NCBI GenBank assembly: GCA_964016885.1
Contig: OZ024751.1
Coordinates: forward strand, 28,024,001-28,088,000
Direction of reading: 5' to 3'
Length of the DNA stretch: 64,000 nucleotides
DNA from: Eledone cirrhosa
Taxonomy: Eukaryota
The notes below the pieces were generated by a model. It was not told the DNA's origin. It searched no databases and saw only the letters and a list, made by a program, of their open reading frames with translations. Position numbers and translations under genes: made by a program. Below are positions 61,674-64,000 of this stretch, piece after piece (position 1 is the first letter of the stretch; every line of letters begins with the position of its first letter).

Positions 61674-62630
61674 CCAGGTAACAGCAACACTGCAGTGTCC
61701 ATTTTATACCACTGTAGACTGGCTGTCTAACACCAGGACAGACCAGGTAACAGCAACACTGCAGTGTCCATTTTATACCACTGTAGACTGGCTGTCTAAC
61801 ACCAGGACAGACCAGGTAACAGCAACACTGCAGTGTCCATTTTATACCACTGTAGACTGGCTGTCTAACACCAGGACAGACCAGGTAACAGCAACACTGC
61901 AGTGTCCATTTTATACCACTGTAGACTGGCTGTCTAACACCAGGACAGACCAGGTAACAGCAACACTGCAGTGTCCATTTTATACCACTGTAGACTGGCT
62001 GTCTAACACCAGGACAGACCAGGTAACAGCAACACTGCAGTGTCCATTTTATACCACTGTAGACTGGCTGTCTAACACCAGGACAGACCAGGTAACAGCA
62101 AAACTGCAGTGTCCATTTTATACCACTGTAGACTGGCTGTCTAACACCAGGACAGACCAGGTAACAGCAACACTGCAGTGTCCATTTTATACCACTGTAG
62201 ACTGGCTGTCTAACACCAGGACAGACCAGGTAACAGCAACACTGCAGTGTCCATTTTATACCACTGTAGACTGGCTGTCTAACACCAGGACAGACCAGGT
62301 AACAGCAAAACTGCAGTGTCCATTTTATACCACTGTAGACTGGCTGTCTAACACCAGGACAGACCAGGTAACAGCAACACTGCAGTGTCCATTTTATACC
62401 ACTGTAGACTGGCTGTCTAACACCAGGACAGACCAGGTAACAGCAAAACTGCAGTGTCCATTTTATACCACTGTAGACTGGCTGTCTAACACCAGGACAG
62501 GCCAGGTAACAGTATAGTTAATGTCCATTTTATACCATTATAGACTGGCTGTCTAGCACTAGGACAGGCCAAGCTAGAGCATAGTTAGTGTCCATTTTAT
62601 ACCATTATAGACTGGCTGTCTAGCACCAGC
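61674..62630. repeat. 69-bp tandem minisatellite (12 near-identical units plus ~2 diverged)
   Basis: Unit CCAGGTAACAGCAACACTGCAGTGTCCATTTTATACCACTGTAGACTGGCTGTCTAACACCAGGACAGA, with a C>A variant in units 7, 10 and 12. Confidence 0.95.
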
Positions 62631-62772
62631 ATATAGTTACGTCCCTTTATGTTCTGTGTTTGAACTCGGCCTGGTTAACTTTGCCTTTCATCCTTACGGG
62701 GTCGATAAAATAAAGTACCAGTAATGCACTGAGGTAATTGCTGGCCTTGTGCCAAAAGTAGAAACAATTATT
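62628..62772 (+). mobile_element. SINE family 1, 5'-truncated
   Basis: Core and tail directly follow the 69-bp array. Confidence 0.8.
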
Positions 62773-62828
62773 AATATTTTCATCATCATCGTCATCATCA
62801 TCATCATCGTGGTCGTCATCATAATCAC

Positions 62829-62877
<49 letters not shown>

Positions 62878-62999
62878 GCCGCCATCACCATCATCATCGT
62901 CATATAAAGACTTTAAGCTAGTTTTGAACGCCCACTCGCCCATTCAGGCAGATCTGATATCACGATTCTTTCCTTTGGGTGGAGGATTTACACAGACTG

Positions 63000-63090
<91 letters not shown>

Positions 63091-63487
63091 ACACACACCC
63101 ACACACACATGCATGCGAGAGTACAAACATGCACACGTACACACACACTTGCCCCCACACGAACCGACAAGCATGCACATATACACACTCATACGCACAC
63201 ATGAGCCCACACGCATATGTACGGCCATGCATACATACATGCTCACATACATGCACACATGCATGTACACATATATGCATACATAATGTATACTCAAATA
63301 CGTTCACATACACACGCATACGCATATATATACGCATACATCGTACACATGCATATATGTAAATTACATATATTTGAATATATATATATGTTTACATGTA
63401 CACACACATATATATAAAATGCATACATGCGTAGTACTTACACATACGCATATATATATGTGTATATATATACGTATATATATATAT

Positions 63488-63552
<65 letters not shown>

Positions 63553-63581
63553 GCATATATATATATATATATATATATACA

Positions 63582-63646
<65 letters not shown>

Positions 63647-63663
63647 ATAATAAGGCGTATATA

Positions 63664-63730
<67 letters not shown>

Positions 63731-63818
63731 TATATACATATAGAAGTATGCACACACACACATATGTATACACATACTCATGCATACATACATGATACAT
63801 ATATATACATATACTAAA

Positions 63819-63905
63819 GGTGCGTGGCTGAGTGGTTAGAGATTTCGATTCCCGGACCAGGCGATGCGTTATGTCCTTGAGCAAGACACTTTATTTCTCG
63901 TTGCT
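63819..63905 (+). mobile_element. SINE family 2, 5' part
   Basis: TGGCTGAGTGGTTAG...TGTCCTTGAGCAAGACACTTTATTTC. Confidence 0.75.
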
Positions 63906-64000
63906 CTTTCTGCCTGGATTTGTAATTTATCGTAGCTCTTGATTTAACATAAATATTCTTATATATAAAGTATTGCTTATTTTAAGATTCCCTTCTTTCC

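Noticed and set aside
61674-62630. 69-bp array as a CRISPR array or a 372-aa repeat protein
   Set aside because: Units are contiguous with no unique spacers, there are no cas genes, and the context is eukaryotic. The open frame follows from a unit length divisible by three.

Overview
AT-rich eukaryotic (metazoan) genomic DNA, very probably cephalopod/octopus-like. That assignment is inferred from the extreme (TA)n/(CA)n/trinucleotide microsatellite load and the SINE types. No intact host gene, rRNA, tRNA or CRISPR array can be supported, and nearly all ORFs in the track are microsatellite artefacts. Recognisable content: four Penelope-like element (PLE) coding fragments, two R4/Dong-type RLE LINE fragments, CR1-like and RTE-like LINE pieces, two tRNA-derived SINE families, a hAT MITE with an 8-bp TSD, and a 69-bp tandem array. 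The main unexplained signal is about 12 complete or near-complete minimal type I hammerhead ribozyme (HHR) motifs plus several half-motifs, belonging to at least 5-6 unrelated short repeat families. They show compensatory stem changes and recurrent non-canonical core positions. They sit in short elements that lie in (TA)n tracts and often have an 'inverted arm + one-sided tail' structure, which suggests a dense population of non-autonomous PLE/retrozyme-like elements. All structures were read by eye, and element boundaries are approximate.
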